Shown piece after piece: positions 28,677-38,402 of a stretch of 50,051 nt of DNA; position 1 is the first letter of the stretch, and each line of letters begins with the position of its first letter. The DNA lies in NCBI GenBank assembly GCA_003343765.1, contig QAKO01000039.1, forward strand, positions 1 through 50,051. The letters are read 5' to 3'. The DNA comes from Bacillota bacterium (GTDB taxonomy: Bacteria; Bacillota; Clostridia; Christensenellales; Borkfalkiaceae). The notes under the pieces are model-generated. The model did not search any database. It was not told where the DNA came from and was given only the letters and a program-made list of their open reading frames with translations. The position numbers and the translations under genes were made by a program.

Positions 28677-28790
28677 ATTCTTTTCCTTTCCGGACTATAC
28701 CGTCGGTACGGGAATCACACCCGTTCGGAGACTCGCGCCTTTCGCAGACTTTTACTGCCGGTGGGGAATTTCACCCCGCCCCAAAGAATC
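28677..28790 (-). ncRNA. FMN (RFN) riboswitch aptamer
   Basis: Minus strand GGGGCGGGGTGAAATTCCCCACCGGCAGTA...GGTGTGATTCCCGTACCGACGGTATAGTCCGGA. Confidence 0.95.
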
Positions 28791-28806
28791 GTTTTTATTT
28801 TGTAAC

Positions 28807-28835
28807 ATTATAGCATCGCTTTTCTGCCCTGTCAA
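28807..28835 (-). promoter_or_regulatory. SigA promoter of ribU
   Basis: TTGACA-17-TATAAT with TG extension. Confidence 0.9.
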
Positions 28836-28855
28836 TTGTTTTACACTGCCGCCAA

Positions 28856-28969
28856 TCAAATTTCCCAATCCGAACTGATTTGTCTGAGTTCTTCCGTCAA
28901 AGAGATCACTTCTTCCAAATGCTCCACTGAAACGATTTTTCCCCTGCTCAGACGACTTTTATAATGCAT
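28856..28969 (-). CDS. Possible 37-aa ORF MHYKSRLSRGKIVSVEHLEEVISLTEELRQISSDWEI
   Basis: Hand translation; AAAGGGA RBS-like sequence; divergent from the XRE pseudogene. Confidence 0.3.
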   Translation of the reverse strand: MHYKSRLSRGKIVSVEHLEEVISLTEELRQISSDWEI

Positions 28970-29086
28970 ACAATATCCCTTTGCTTTTACGGCTTTGCGC
29001 TTTTTTCAACAGATCCGATCGTCCGTTAAATGTAAAACATGTCTTATGTCAATGCTTTTTTGTAAAATTTGTCTTACAATTTAAGC

Positions 29087-29292
29087 ATGGAAATTTATTT
29101 GCAATGCGATGAAACGAATTTATAAATGAAACAGGTCTGAGCAAGCGGAAATTTGCCGAAAAGGTCGGAGTTTCTGCCATGAGTGTGTCCGATTGGACAA
29201 CAGGGAAAATCCAGCCAAATGCGGAAAGTATTTACCTTATCTGCAAAGCGTTCAAAATCAGCGCCGACTACCTGTTGGGTCTTTCCGACTGA
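29087..29292 (+). pseudogene. Disrupted XRE-family HTH gene
   Basis: Frame reads ETGLSKRKFAEKVGVSAMSVSDWTTGKIQP...FKISADYLLGLSD, but ATG 29087 is out of frame and an in-frame TGA lies at 29110-29112. Confidence 0.75.
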
Positions 29293-29388
29293 CAATCGAT
29301 CTGCGGTCTTTTCGATCGGCAGTCGGATCTACAGGCTTTCTGATCGGCTGTCGTTTCTATAGTCTTTCGGATTGACTGTCTTTCCTAC
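29278..29388. repeat. Four degenerate tandem 27-28-bp repeats
   Basis: ggtctttccgactgacaatcgatctgc / ggtcttttcgatcggcagtcggatctac / aggctttctgatcggctgtcgtttctat / agtctttcggattgactgtctttcctac. Confidence 0.6.
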
Positions 29389-29449
29389 AAAAAGTCACCT
29401 TCCAAAGATAATTTATTTTTCTCAAACCGTAAAAGGTAAAAAAATAAAC

Positions 29450-29487
29450 ATGCACCCCAAAAGCGAGACAAACTTTTTGGGGTGCAT
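29450..29487. mobile_element. IS3-family (IS150/IS861-like) terminal-repeat relic forming a hairpin
   Basis: atgcaccccaaaagcgagaca...ttttggggtgcat resembles the TGCACCCCAAAAGTTAGACA end as recalled; no transposase. Confidence 0.55.
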
Positions 29488-29554
29488 ATTATTTTAATAA
29501 GGTGATTTTATTTTTCTAATTTCAGATCGATTCGGTTCAGGCGCGGGAATTCGG

Positions 29555-30046
29555 TCATTGATCGGCGGGGGTATGCACAGGCGAAGCAGGCCGCACAAAA
29601 AACAGGCACACGTTCAGCACGATCGATGCCACTGCCGCCGCTGACGCCACCGCCGCCAAAACGACAGGCCACGTATAGACGCCTGCAATAGCCGTGATTG
29701 CGGCAAAGAGTAAACCGATTGCCGCCGTCGAGATACTGACACCAAGCCATAACCTTTCTTGCTTAAGAACAAAAGCCTTTTTCCCTGCCGCGCGGCAAAC
29801 GGAACGGATACCCGTCAAAAGATTCAGCAAAAACAAGATACCGAGAAAAGCGATGAAATAAAAGAATATCGTCGTCAAAGCAACAAAACCTATCATCATC
29901 ATAGGCTGTTCCGTCTGCGCCAAATGAGCATTGTAATCCTGAAAAGCAAGATACGTTTTCAGCTCAAACGCAGCAAAGCCGACAATAGCCAAAAATATTT
30001 CCAAAATTCCCGCCGCCAACACAAGGCGGCGCACTTTTCGTTCCAT
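29555..30046 (-). CDS. Hypothetical membrane protein (~4 TM)
   Basis: 163 aa with four hydrophobic stretches; G-rich RBS. Confidence 0.75.
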   Translation of the reverse strand: MERKVRRLVLAAGILEIFLAIVGFAAFELKTYLAFQDYNAHLAQTEQPMMMIGFVALTTIFFYFIAFLGILFLLNLLTGIRSVCRAAGKKAFVLKQERLWLGVSISTAAIGLLFAAITAIAGVYTWPVVLAAVASAAAVASIVLNVCLFFVRPASPVHTPADQ

Positions 30047-30266
30047 CCGCTCCCCCCCCCCGTTTTTTCATTCTCTCTGCGCTATATTATACGCGACGAC
30101 AGGTTATATGTCAAGAACCGATAAACGACACAGATAAAACCAATCTGTCATTTCTAAAATTTACCTGGCTGCCCGTTTTTACAAAACCTGCTCGTTTCCT
30201 TGCAAATCGGAGTATTTTTTGCTATAATCGGAAAACATTATGTTACAGAAAAATCGGATAAAAACA

Positions 30267-30323
30267 AAAAAAGAATGTGCAGTACAGCCGATATCGCGGC
30301 AAATGGCCTGCACATTCTTTTTT
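30267..30323. terminator. Bidirectional terminator downstream of glyA
   Basis: aaaaaagaatgtgcag...ctgcacattctttttt. Confidence 0.8.
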
Positions 30324-30343
30324 ATATCATTTCAACACACTTT

Positions 30344-31594
30344 TTACAGAATATCTTCTGCGTACAACGGGTATTTATCGCAAAGTTTTTTCACTTCTCC
30401 GCGGACAAAATCAAACGCGGCTTCCTTTTCCGCGATGATCTTGGAAATCAGCCTTGCCACCAGCCGCGCGTCCTCCTCTTTAAAGCCGCGCGTCGTAATG
30501 CTGGGCGTTCCGATACGGATACCGCTCGTGATGAACGGACTGGTTTCTTCAAACGGAATGGTGTTTTTATTGACCGTGATATTCACTTCGTCCAGCATTT
30601 TTTCCAATTCTTTGCCCGTCATGTTCTTGTCGCGAAGATCGACGAGCATCAGGTGGTTATCCGTACCGCCCGAAACAAGGCGTACGCCGCATTTTTTGAA
30701 TTCATCCGCCATCGCCGCCGCATTTGCCACGACCTGTTTCTGGTAGGCTTTGAACTCATCCGAAAGAGCTTCCTTGAACGCAACCGCTTTCCCCGCGATC
30801 ACGTGCATGAGCGGGCCGCCCTGCATTCCGGGGAATACGGCTTTATCGATCGCTTTTGCGTACTGCTCCTTGCACATAATGACGCCGCCGCGCGGGCCGC
30901 GAAGCGTTTTGTGCGTCGTAGTCGTTACAATATCCGCATACGGCACGGGCGACGGATGTAATCCTGCCGCAACTAATCCCGCAATGTGCGCAATGTCTAC
31001 CATCAGGTATGCGCCGACTATATCCGCAATTTCACGCAGACGGGGAAAATCGATGATCCTCGGGTACGCACTCGCCCCTGCCACGATCATTTTCGGCTTG
31101 TTTTCGATCGCCAGCTGTTCCAGAGCATCGTAATCGATGCGCTCGTCCTCTTTCGATACGCCGTACGGCACGATCTTGAAATATTTTCCCGAAATATTCA
31201 CGGGCGATCCGTGCGTGAGATGTCCGCCGTGCGACAAGTTCATTCCTAAGATCGTGTCGCCGGGATTGAGCAGAGCGAAATACACCGCGGTATTCGCTTG
31301 CGCACCGCTGTGCGGCTGCACGTTTGCATGATCGCACCCGAACAGCTTTTTGCAACGCTCGATCGCCAGATTTTCAACAATGTCGACATACTGGCATCCG
31401 CCGTAATAACGCTTGCCCGGCAAACCTTCCGCATACTTGTTCGTCAGGTGCGAACCGACTGCCGCCATCACCGCGGGCGAAACAAAATTCTCGCTCGCGA
31501 TCAGCTCAATATTGCCCCGCTGACGGGAAAGTTCGAGATTCATCGCCTCGTACACTTCTTCGTCGGCTTTCTTGATCGTGGACATATCAATCAT
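30344..31594 (-). CDS. glyA: Serine hydroxymethyltransferase
   Basis: [28 protein letters not shown]. Confidence 0.98.
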   Translation of the reverse strand: MIDMSTIKKADEEVYEAMNLELSRQRGNIELIASENFVSPAVMAAVGSHLTNKYAEGLPGKRYYGGCQYVDIVENLAIERCKKLFGCDHANVQPHSGAQANTAVYFALLNPGDTILGMNLSHGGHLTHGSPVNISGKYFKIVPYGVSKEDERIDYDALEQLAIENKPKMIVAGASAYPRIIDFPRLREIADIVGAYLMVDIAHIAGLVAAGLHPSPVPYADIVTTTTHKTLRGPRGGVIMCKEQYAKAIDKAVFPGMQGGPLMHVIAGKAVAFKEALSDEFKAYQKQVVANAAAMADEFKKCGVRLVSGGTDNHLMLVDLRDKNMTGKELEKMLDEVNITVNKNTIPFEETSPFITSGIRIGTPSITTRGFKEEDARLVARLISKIIAEKEAAFDFVRGEVKKLCDKYPLYAEDIL

Positions 31595-31836
31595 ATTGTT
31601 TTTCTCCGTCGTTTTTTTGATTCATTATCATTATACCGCAAAATGTAAAAATATACAAGAAATAAAAGGCGGCAGCGCAAAATTATTTTGCGCCGCCGCT
31701 TATCCGAAAAAAAACCGCTTTTTGACTTTTCCTTTCTTTCACTCTCAAAAAAATCTCAGAATCCCGTTTGAATTCCCGCTCCTTCCGCATTTTCTCCCCT
31801 TTTTTCAGAACACAGTCGCGGCAACAAAAAAACCGG

Positions 31837-31880
31837 AAAATCCCTGCCGCCGCAACGACAGTTGCGGCGGCAGGGATTTT
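31837..31880 (-). terminator. Terminator of hisS-rseC-trxA
   Basis: Perfect 20-bp inverted repeat aaaatccctgccgccgcaac / gttgcggcggcagggatttt. Confidence 0.85.
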
Positions 31881-31895
31881 CTCCGCTGAAAAAAC

Positions 31896-32210
31896 TCAGA
31901 TATTTTTCTGAATGAATTCCTTCATGGCAGCCTTGGGAATAAACCCGAGGCTCTTATCGGCAAGTTTGCCGTCTTTGAACACCATCACGCACGGAATGCT
32001 CATGATGGAATATTCGCGCGCGAGATCGGGGTTATCATCCACGTTGATCTTGACAAACTGCGCTTCTAATGCAAACTCTACCGACAGGTCATCGATCACG
32101 GGCGCAAGCATACGGCAAGGGCCGCACCAATCCGCATAAAAATCCACGACCAGCGTCTTTTTTTCTTCCATTGCCGCTTTGAATGCGGCTGTATCAAAAT
32201 TGTGAACCAT
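31896..32210 (-). CDS. trxA: Thioredoxin
   Basis: DFYADWCGPC; GGAGG RBS before ATG 32210. Confidence 0.96.
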   Translation of the reverse strand: MVHNFDTAAFKAAMEEKKTLVVDFYADWCGPCRMLAPVIDDLSVEFALEAQFVKINVDDNPDLAREYSIMSIPCVMVFKDGKLADKSLGFIPKAAMKEFIQKNI

Positions 32211-32643
32211 TTTTTGTATCCTCCCGATGATTATTGGTATTTTGGCAAATTTCCACGACTTCCATACCGAATCCGCGCGATTTTGCCGCAAATTTATCCA
32301 GCATATACACGACGGCGAACCCCAAAGCCAGTCCGATCAGGCACAAGACCGCCGCCCAGACTTCCGCTTTGAGCGCAAGCGCGCCGATCGCAACCCCCGC
32401 CCCCGCCAAGAGGACAGGAATGATATACACAATGAACGAAGCCAGCAAACGGTTATCTTTTTCCGCCTGCACGATGACTTCGTCGCCCGCTTTTGCACCG
32501 ACCGTGTTTTTCGCTTTCACCTTTACGGTGCTTTTGCCCGAGCGGAACGCGCATACTTTGCAGGATTCGCATTCGGGATGTTTCTCAATACGTAAGAGCG
32601 CGGTTTTTCCAGCCGTTTTCACGACAATGGCACGTTCTTTCAT
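32194..32643 (-). CDS. RseC/MucC-family membrane protein
   Basis: CESCKVC, NTVGAKAGDEV, SFIVYIIP plus 2 TM. Confidence 0.8.
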   Translation of the reverse strand: MKERAIVVKTAGKTALLRIEKHPECESCKVCAFRSGKSTVKVKAKNTVGAKAGDEVIVQAEKDNRLLASFIVYIIPVLLAGAGVAIGALALKAEVWAAVLCLIGLALGFAVVYMLDKFAAKSRGFGMEVVEICQNTNNHREDTKNGSQF

Positions 32644-33899
32644 TTACGGTTTTGCTCCAAAAATGCGATAACGTCCGCCTCTTTTACGTTCACCGACGTA
32701 GAATCGGACATATTTTTCACTGTATATTCGCCGCTTTCGAGTTCATTGGAACCGATGACGATGACGAACTTTGCCCCGATCTTTCCTGCATATTTAAACT
32801 GCGCTTTGACCGAACGCGAGGCATGATCCGTATCCGCCGAGATCCCGTTCTGACGCAATTTGTCCGCCAGCGCGAACGCCGCTTTTCTGCCTGCGTCGTC
32901 TAATCCAGCCACATAAACGTCCAGCGGCGACTCTTCGGGGATCGCTTTGCCCGTATTTTCCAGCACCAACAGCATCCGCTCGATGCCGCTCCCGAATCCG
33001 ACCGCCGGCACGCTCGGCCCGCCCAGGTTTTCGATCAGCGTATCGTATCTTCCGCCGCCCAGCACCGTGCCCTGCGAACCGATGCTTGTCGATACAAACT
33101 CGAACACTGTCTTGGAATAATAATCCAGCCCGCGCACAAGTTTCGGGTTCAATTTATATTTCACGCCGCAGGAATCGAGGATCTCTTTGAGCTTCTCAAA
33201 ATGCTCACGGCATTCGTCGCAAAGAAAATCCGTCGTTTTCGGCGCATTTTCGTTGATCTTCGAACAAGCTTCTTCCTTGCAATCGAGAATACGCAGCGGA
33301 TTCTTTTCAAACCGCGCGTTGCAAGTGGGACACATTTCGGGAAGATGCGGCCGCAGATATTCTTTGAGCGCTTCGTTGAACTTCGGACGGCAATGCTTGC
33401 ATCCGATCGAATTCAGATTCAGTTCCACGCCTTCCACGCCCAACGCACGGATGTAGTCGCGCGCAAGCAAAATGACTTCCGCATCCGTTTCCGCTCCCTT
33501 GCCGCCGAAAATCTCTACGCCGAACTGGTGATGCTCGCGCAATCTGCCCGCCTGCGGACGTTCATAACGGAATACCGGGGTAATATAGTACATCTTCAAA
33601 GGCAAGACGCCGCCCGCAAGTCCGTTTTCGATAAAAGAACGCACCACGCCCGCCGTACCTTCGGGTTTGAGCGTGATCGAACGCTCACCTTTATCCAGAA
33701 AAGTGTACATTTCTTTGTTGACAATGTCTGTCGTGTCACCTACGCCGCGTAAAAATAACTCCGTATGTTCGAATACCGGCGTACGAATCTCTTTCAGATT
33801 GTACAACGCCGCTACCTTTCGCGCCGTGTTTTCAACAAAATGCCACTTGTATGCCTCCGACGGCAATACGTCTTTTGTGCCTTTGGGAATGTTGATCAT
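32640..33899 (-). CDS. hisS: Histidyl-tRNA synthetase
   Basis: PKGTKD, FRYERPQAGR, LVRGLDYY, GGRYD. Confidence 0.98.
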   Translation of the reverse strand: MINIPKGTKDVLPSEAYKWHFVENTARKVAALYNLKEIRTPVFEHTELFLRGVGDTTDIVNKEMYTFLDKGERSITLKPEGTAGVVRSFIENGLAGGVLPLKMYYITPVFRYERPQAGRLREHHQFGVEIFGGKGAETDAEVILLARDYIRALGVEGVELNLNSIGCKHCRPKFNEALKEYLRPHLPEMCPTCNARFEKNPLRILDCKEEACSKINENAPKTTDFLCDECREHFEKLKEILDSCGVKYKLNPKLVRGLDYYSKTVFEFVSTSIGSQGTVLGGGRYDTLIENLGGPSVPAVGFGSGIERMLLVLENTGKAIPEESPLDVYVAGLDDAGRKAAFALADKLRQNGISADTDHASRSVKAQFKYAGKIGAKFVIVIGSNELESGEYTVKNMSDSTSVNVKEADVIAFLEQNRK

Positions 33900-34355
33900 A
33901 AAAAACTCCTTTCCTCACACAAATTCCGCCCGAAAAACAGAATTTGCCGTGATTTTTAAGAAAAAACAAAGCCAAAGCATTCACTTCGTGCAAAGTTTTC
34001 TCTCCGTTCGGCGCATTTTCGGTTTGCTGTCAATAATTTTCCGCCTGTGCCCGAACACGCCGTATTCTTCTTTCTTTCGCCGCCCTTGCGGCGCAATGGA
34101 AAAACGCGAAAATCTGCGCCTTTTCCGTAAATTATTTTAATTCAGAAAAATTCTTTTGTCAACTTAAAAGAAATTTCCATGAACACTTTTTAAATTTTTT
34201 GCGCTTATCCGAAATTTCTTTTCGGATAAGCGCACCCTTGCCGATATTTTAATAAATGAAAAACTGATGCGCGCCGTTTCATCCGCCGCAGAAGACCGAC
34301 GCTTTTATGCGGCTTCTTCCCTTTTTAATCTTCGGATTTTTTCAAGCGCAGAGCA

Positions 34356-35666
34356 TTACAGCACGTATTTTTTCAGATCGCGGTTTTTGATGATCTTTTC
34401 CAGATGCTCGTCGACATATTTTTTGTCGATCGTTACCGTGACCGTCGGGTAATCCCCGCCCGCATTGAAAGAGATATCCTCCAGAAGATATTCCATCACC
34501 GTATGCAGACGGCGCGCACCGATATCTTCGCTCGTCGCGTTCATATCCGCAGAAATCTCCGCGATCTCTTCGATCGCGTCGTCCGTGAATTTCAGGTCGA
34601 TGTTGTCCACGCCCAGAAGTTTTCCGTACTGCGTCGTGATCGCGTTCTGCGGCTGCGTCAGGATCTTTACAAAATCTTCCTTGCTCAGGCTTTCCAGCTC
34701 CACATTGATCGGGAAACGCCCCTGCAATTCGGGGATCAGGTCTTCCACTTTCGAAATGTGGAAGGCTCCCGCCGCAATAAACAGAATAAAGTCCGTCTTG
34801 ACCGCTCCGTATTTCGTCATGACCGTGCAACCTTCCACGATGGGCAGGATATCCCTCTGCACGCCTTCGCGCGAGACGTCCGCTCCGCCCTGGTTTGCCT
34901 TGCCTGCGATCTTGTCGATCTCATCGATAAAGATAATGCCCTGCTCTTCCGCCCGCGAAAGCGCTTCGGTATTGACCGCATCGTTGTCGATGAGCTTTTC
35001 CGATTCCTCGTTGATGATCTGCTGCATCGCCTGTTTGACCGTCATCTTGCGGCGTTTCTTTTTCTTGGGCAGCATATCCCCGAAAATCGATCCGATATTG
35101 ATCTCCGCTCCGCCGGGAACGATCTCCATCGGTTTCGGTGCGTCCACTACTTCCAGTTCGATCTGGGTATCGTTATATTTTCCTTCGCGCAGTTCGTCCA
35201 GAAGTTTCGCATCAAAAACTTCCTTCGCCATCTCGCCGCGCTCGCCCTTTTTCATCTCCGATAAAATGGCGACGATCTTCTTTTCCGCCGTGCCTTCCGC
35301 TCGCACCGCCACTTCTTTCATCTTCTCTTCGCGTACAAGTCGGATGGAACATTCCACAAGGTCGCGGATCATGCTCTCCACGTCGCGCCCGACATACCCC
35401 ACTTCCGTGTACTTCGTCGCCTCTACCTTGATAAACGGCGCCTTGACAAGCTTTGCAAGCCTGCGCGCGATCTCCGTCTTACCGACACCCGTCGGCCCTT
35501 TCATAATAATGTTCTTGGGCGTGATCTCCTCCCTGTCCGCTTCTGAAAGCCGGCTGCGACGATAACGGTTGCGCAGCGCGATCGCCACCGCACGCTTCGC
35601 TTTGTCCTGCCCTATAATATATTTATCCAGTTCGATTACGATCTGTTTGGGTGAAAGATGATTCAT
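34356..35666 (-). CDS. hslU: HslU ATPase
   Basis: [29 protein letters not shown]. Confidence 0.97.
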   Translation of the reverse strand: MNHLSPKQIVIELDKYIIGQDKAKRAVAIALRNRYRRSRLSEADREEITPKNIIMKGPTGVGKTEIARRLAKLVKAPFIKVEATKYTEVGYVGRDVESMIRDLVECSIRLVREEKMKEVAVRAEGTAEKKIVAILSEMKKGERGEMAKEVFDAKLLDELREGKYNDTQIELEVVDAPKPMEIVPGGAEINIGSIFGDMLPKKKKRRKMTVKQAMQQIINEESEKLIDNDAVNTEALSRAEEQGIIFIDEIDKIAGKANQGGADVSREGVQRDILPIVEGCTVMTKYGAVKTDFILFIAAGAFHISKVEDLIPELQGRFPINVELESLSKEDFVKILTQPQNAITTQYGKLLGVDNIDLKFTDDAIEEIAEISADMNATSEDIGARRLHTVMEYLLEDISFNAGGDYPTVTVTIDKKYVDEHLEKIIKNRDLKKYVL

Positions 35667-35690
35667 ATGCTTCCTCCTCGGCCTTGCCCG

Positions 35691-36227
35691 TTACACCACT
35701 TCGACCGTGATATGGTCGTTCGTGAATACGCAGATCTCACTTGCGATCTTCAATGCCTTATACGCGATCTTATCCGCAGAGTATTTGGTTTCCTGCGCCA
35801 GGGCGCGCGCCGCCGCCAATGCGTAATTCCCGCCGCTGCCGATCGCACACACTCCGCCGTCCGGCTCGATCACTTCGCCGTTGCCGCTGATGATCAGAAG
35901 CAGGTCTTTGTCCGCCACGATCATCATCGCTTCCAGCTTGCGCACCATCTTGTCGTTGCGCCAAAGCTCCGCCAGCTCCACCGCCGAACGCATCAGGTTG
36001 CCCGAAAATTTGTTGAGCATCCCCTCAAACCGCTCGGAAAGCGAAAACGCGTCGGATACCGATCCCGCAAATCCCAAAACCACTTTTCCGCCGTAAATGC
36101 GGCGGACTTTCACTGCATTGTTCTTGAATACGACCGATTCGCCCATCGTGACCTGTCCGTCACCTGCAATCGCCGTCTTGCCGTCCCTTTTGACAGCACA
36201 TATCGTTGTACCTCTGAATTCAGGCAT
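35691..36227 (-). CDS. hslV: HslV protease
   Basis: TTI, GDGQVT, GFAGS, IGSGG. Confidence 0.97.
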   Translation of the reverse strand: MPEFRGTTICAVKRDGKTAIAGDGQVTMGESVVFKNNAVKVRRIYGGKVVLGFAGSVSDAFSLSERFEGMLNKFSGNLMRSAVELAELWRNDKMVRKLEAMMIVADKDLLLIISGNGEVIEPDGGVCAIGSGGNYALAAARALAQETKYSADKIAYKALKIASEICVFTNDHITVEVV

Positions 36228-36256
36228 ATCCTTCCCTCCGTTTCCGCATGCCCCGC

Positions 36257-37570
36257 TCAGCGCAGAACACGCTCCGTATTTTCATAAATTTCACGCATCT
36301 TTTCCAGTGCGCGTTCCGCAAAAAGTTTCTTTTTTTGCGCCTTGTCCCGAATTTTTTCAGGCAAAGGCTCCAATATTCCGTAATTGGCGTTCATCGGCTG
36401 AAAATCCGTCGTTTCCGCCGCAACATGCCGCATCAGCGCCCCCGATACGGTCGAGGCGTCCCATTCCACAGGCCCCTTGCCGCGCATTTTCAGCGCACAG
36501 CCCAGCGCCGCCCAGATCCCGCTCGCCGCACTCTCGACATATCCTTCCACGCCCGTCATCTGCCCCGCAAAAAAGACTGTCCCGTCTTTCTTCCACGAAA
36601 GATCTGCATTCAAAACCTGCGGAGAATTCAAAAACGTGTTCCGATGCATTACCCCGTATCTCAGAAATTCCGCGTTTTTCAGCGCAGGAATCATCGAAAA
36701 TACCCGCTTCTGCTCGGGAAATTTCAGATTCGTCTGAAATCCGACCAGATTGTACGCAGTCCCCGCACAATTTTCCTTGCGCAGCTGCAATACCGCATAC
36801 GGACGTTTCCCTTCCGCATTATACAGTCCCACAGGCTTGAGCATCCCGAACCGCAACGTATCTTTCCCGCGCGCCGCCATGATCTCCACGGGCATACACC
36901 CCTCGAATACATCGCGCTTGTCAAAATCATGTACGAGCGCACGCTCCGCACTCCCCAACGCTTCCACAAAGGCTTCGTATTCTTCCTTCGTCATCGGACA
37001 GTTGATATAATCGCCGTCTCCTTTCCCGTACCTGTCCGCCGTGAACGTCTTCGTATAATCTACGCTCGCCGCCGCCACGATCGGCGCCGCCGCATCGTAA
37101 AAATACAGGTTTCCGCCCATTTTACCGCGTATGTCTTCCGCCAGAGCGTCCAGCGTCAGCGGCCCCGTCGCTACGATCGCGTACCCCTGCGGAATTTCCG
37201 TCACTTCTTCATGCACTACTTCGATCCTCGGATGCCCCTCGATCTTCTCCGTTATAAACCTCGAAAACGCTTCCCGATCGACCGCCAACGCTCCGCCTGC
37301 CGGCACCTTCGTCTCCTCAGCCGCCTGCATGGTCAAAGACCCGAATATCCGCATCTCTTCTTTTAAAAGACCGCACGCGTTGCCGTAAATATCGTTGCTC
37401 TTCAGCGAATTGCTGCATACAAGCTCCGCATACCCTGCCTGCGTATGCGCCGGCGTGTACTTCTTCGGCTTACTCTCGTACAGCCGCACAGAAAAACCAT
37501 GCTCCGCCAGATAGTACGCCGCTTCACATCCCGCAAGCCCCGCTCCGATCACCTTTACAAGCTCCGCCAT
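36257..37570 (-). CDS. trmFO: FAD/folate-dependent tRNA m5U54 methyltransferase
   Basis: [32 protein letters not shown]. Confidence 0.97.
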   Translation of the reverse strand: MAELVKVIGAGLAGCEAAYYLAEHGFSVRLYESKPKKYTPAHTQAGYAELVCSNSLKSNDIYGNACGLLKEEMRIFGSLTMQAAEETKVPAGGALAVDREAFSRFITEKIEGHPRIEVVHEEVTEIPQGYAIVATGPLTLDALAEDIRGKMGGNLYFYDAAAPIVAAASVDYTKTFTADRYGKGDGDYINCPMTKEEYEAFVEALGSAERALVHDFDKRDVFEGCMPVEIMAARGKDTLRFGMLKPVGLYNAEGKRPYAVLQLRKENCAGTAYNLVGFQTNLKFPEQKRVFSMIPALKNAEFLRYGVMHRNTFLNSPQVLNADLSWKKDGTVFFAGQMTGVEGYVESAASGIWAALGCALKMRGKGPVEWDASTVSGALMRHVAAETTDFQPMNANYGILEPLPEKIRDKAQKKKLFAERALEKMREIYENTERVLR

Positions 37571-37596
37571 CCGTTCTCCTTTCCGCTCTTTTGCGG

Positions 37597-37623
37597 TTAG
37601 CACTCTTGCTTTTAGAGTGCTAA
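37597..37623. promoter_or_regulatory. CIRCE element (HrcA operator)
   Basis: Exact TTAGCACTC-N9-GAGTGCTAA. Confidence 0.95.
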
Positions 37624-37626
37624 ATC

Positions 37627-37655
37627 ATTATAAAACGATTGTTCCCATATGTCAA
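37627..37655 (-). promoter_or_regulatory. SigA promoter of trmFO-hslV-hslU
   Basis: TTGACA-17-TATAAT directly upstream of CIRCE. Confidence 0.9.
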
Positions 37656-37743
37656 GAGTTTTTTTTCAAAAATTAAAAAATTTCCCTTGACTAAGTACCT
37701 TTTCTGTGTTATCCTTTCTGTAACGGGAAAAGAGGGAGAATCG

Positions 37744-38226
37744 ATGAAAAAGTTTCTTGTATTTTTGCTGAGTATTGTATTTGTTTGTTTTGCCGCCTGT
37801 ACGCCTGCGGAGCCGCAGCTTGATGCCGAATATACGTATAAGAAAGTTTCGTTCCGCAAAGGCGCGGGCCTCACCTTGGAAGAGCTGGCCCCCTTTCTGC
37901 CTGCCATGCTCGACAAAAAGCCGATCGGCAGCATTTCAGAGTTTGAAGATTTTCTGAAAGAAAATTTAGACGAATACAGTTTCAACCGTATTTCGGAAAA
38001 GGGCGTCGAAACCGTATATTTAAAGCCTGAAATTCTTTCCGTAACGCTTTCGGAAACGGAACTTACTTTTAAGAGGGAAAACCAGACGATGAGCCGTCCC
38101 TTTACAAAAGAGGGAAACAATTACCTTACCGATACGGAACCTGCGTTTTATTTTTCAGGAGGCGAATTTTGCACCGATTTGTCGTTTACCGAAAATTTTA
38201 CCGTTGTCTATCACTACGCTTTGTAA
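37744..38226 (+). CDS. Hypothetical lipoprotein (160 aa)
   Basis: MKKFL...FAAC lipobox; GAGGGAG RBS; TTGACT-17-TATCCT promoter at 37687-37715. Confidence 0.8.
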   Translation: MKKFLVFLLSIVFVCFAACTPAEPQLDAEYTYKKVSFRKGAGLTLEELAPFLPAMLDKKPIGSISEFEDFLKENLDEYSFNRISEKGVETVYLKPEILSVTLSETELTFKRENQTMSRPFTKEGNNYLTDTEPAFYFSGGEFCTDLSFTENFTVVYHYAL

Positions 38227-38235
38227 ATTTCCGAT

Positions 38236-38277
38236 AAAAAGCGGAGAGGCCGCAGATGCGGCCTCTCCGCTTTTTTA
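38236..38277. terminator. Bidirectional terminator between the lipoprotein and topA
   Basis: aaaaagcggagaggccgca-ga-tgcggcctctccgcttttt. Confidence 0.88.
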
Positions 38278-38402
38278 TTTTGCTTAACAAAATTTTCCGC
38301 CCCATGCGAGGAAGGACATTTTTGATCCTCCTTCGCAAAAAGCTCCGTTTTTATGCCACCAGCCGCTTTCAAAGCGGCTGGCAGCCCCGAACGGGGCAGA
38401 TT

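Noticed and set aside
28565..28678. ORF-track N-terminal extension of ribU
   Set aside because: Runs through the riboswitch terminator; RBS supports ATG 28564
33900..34355. T-box upstream of hisS
   Set aside because: No T-box consensus found on the minus strand
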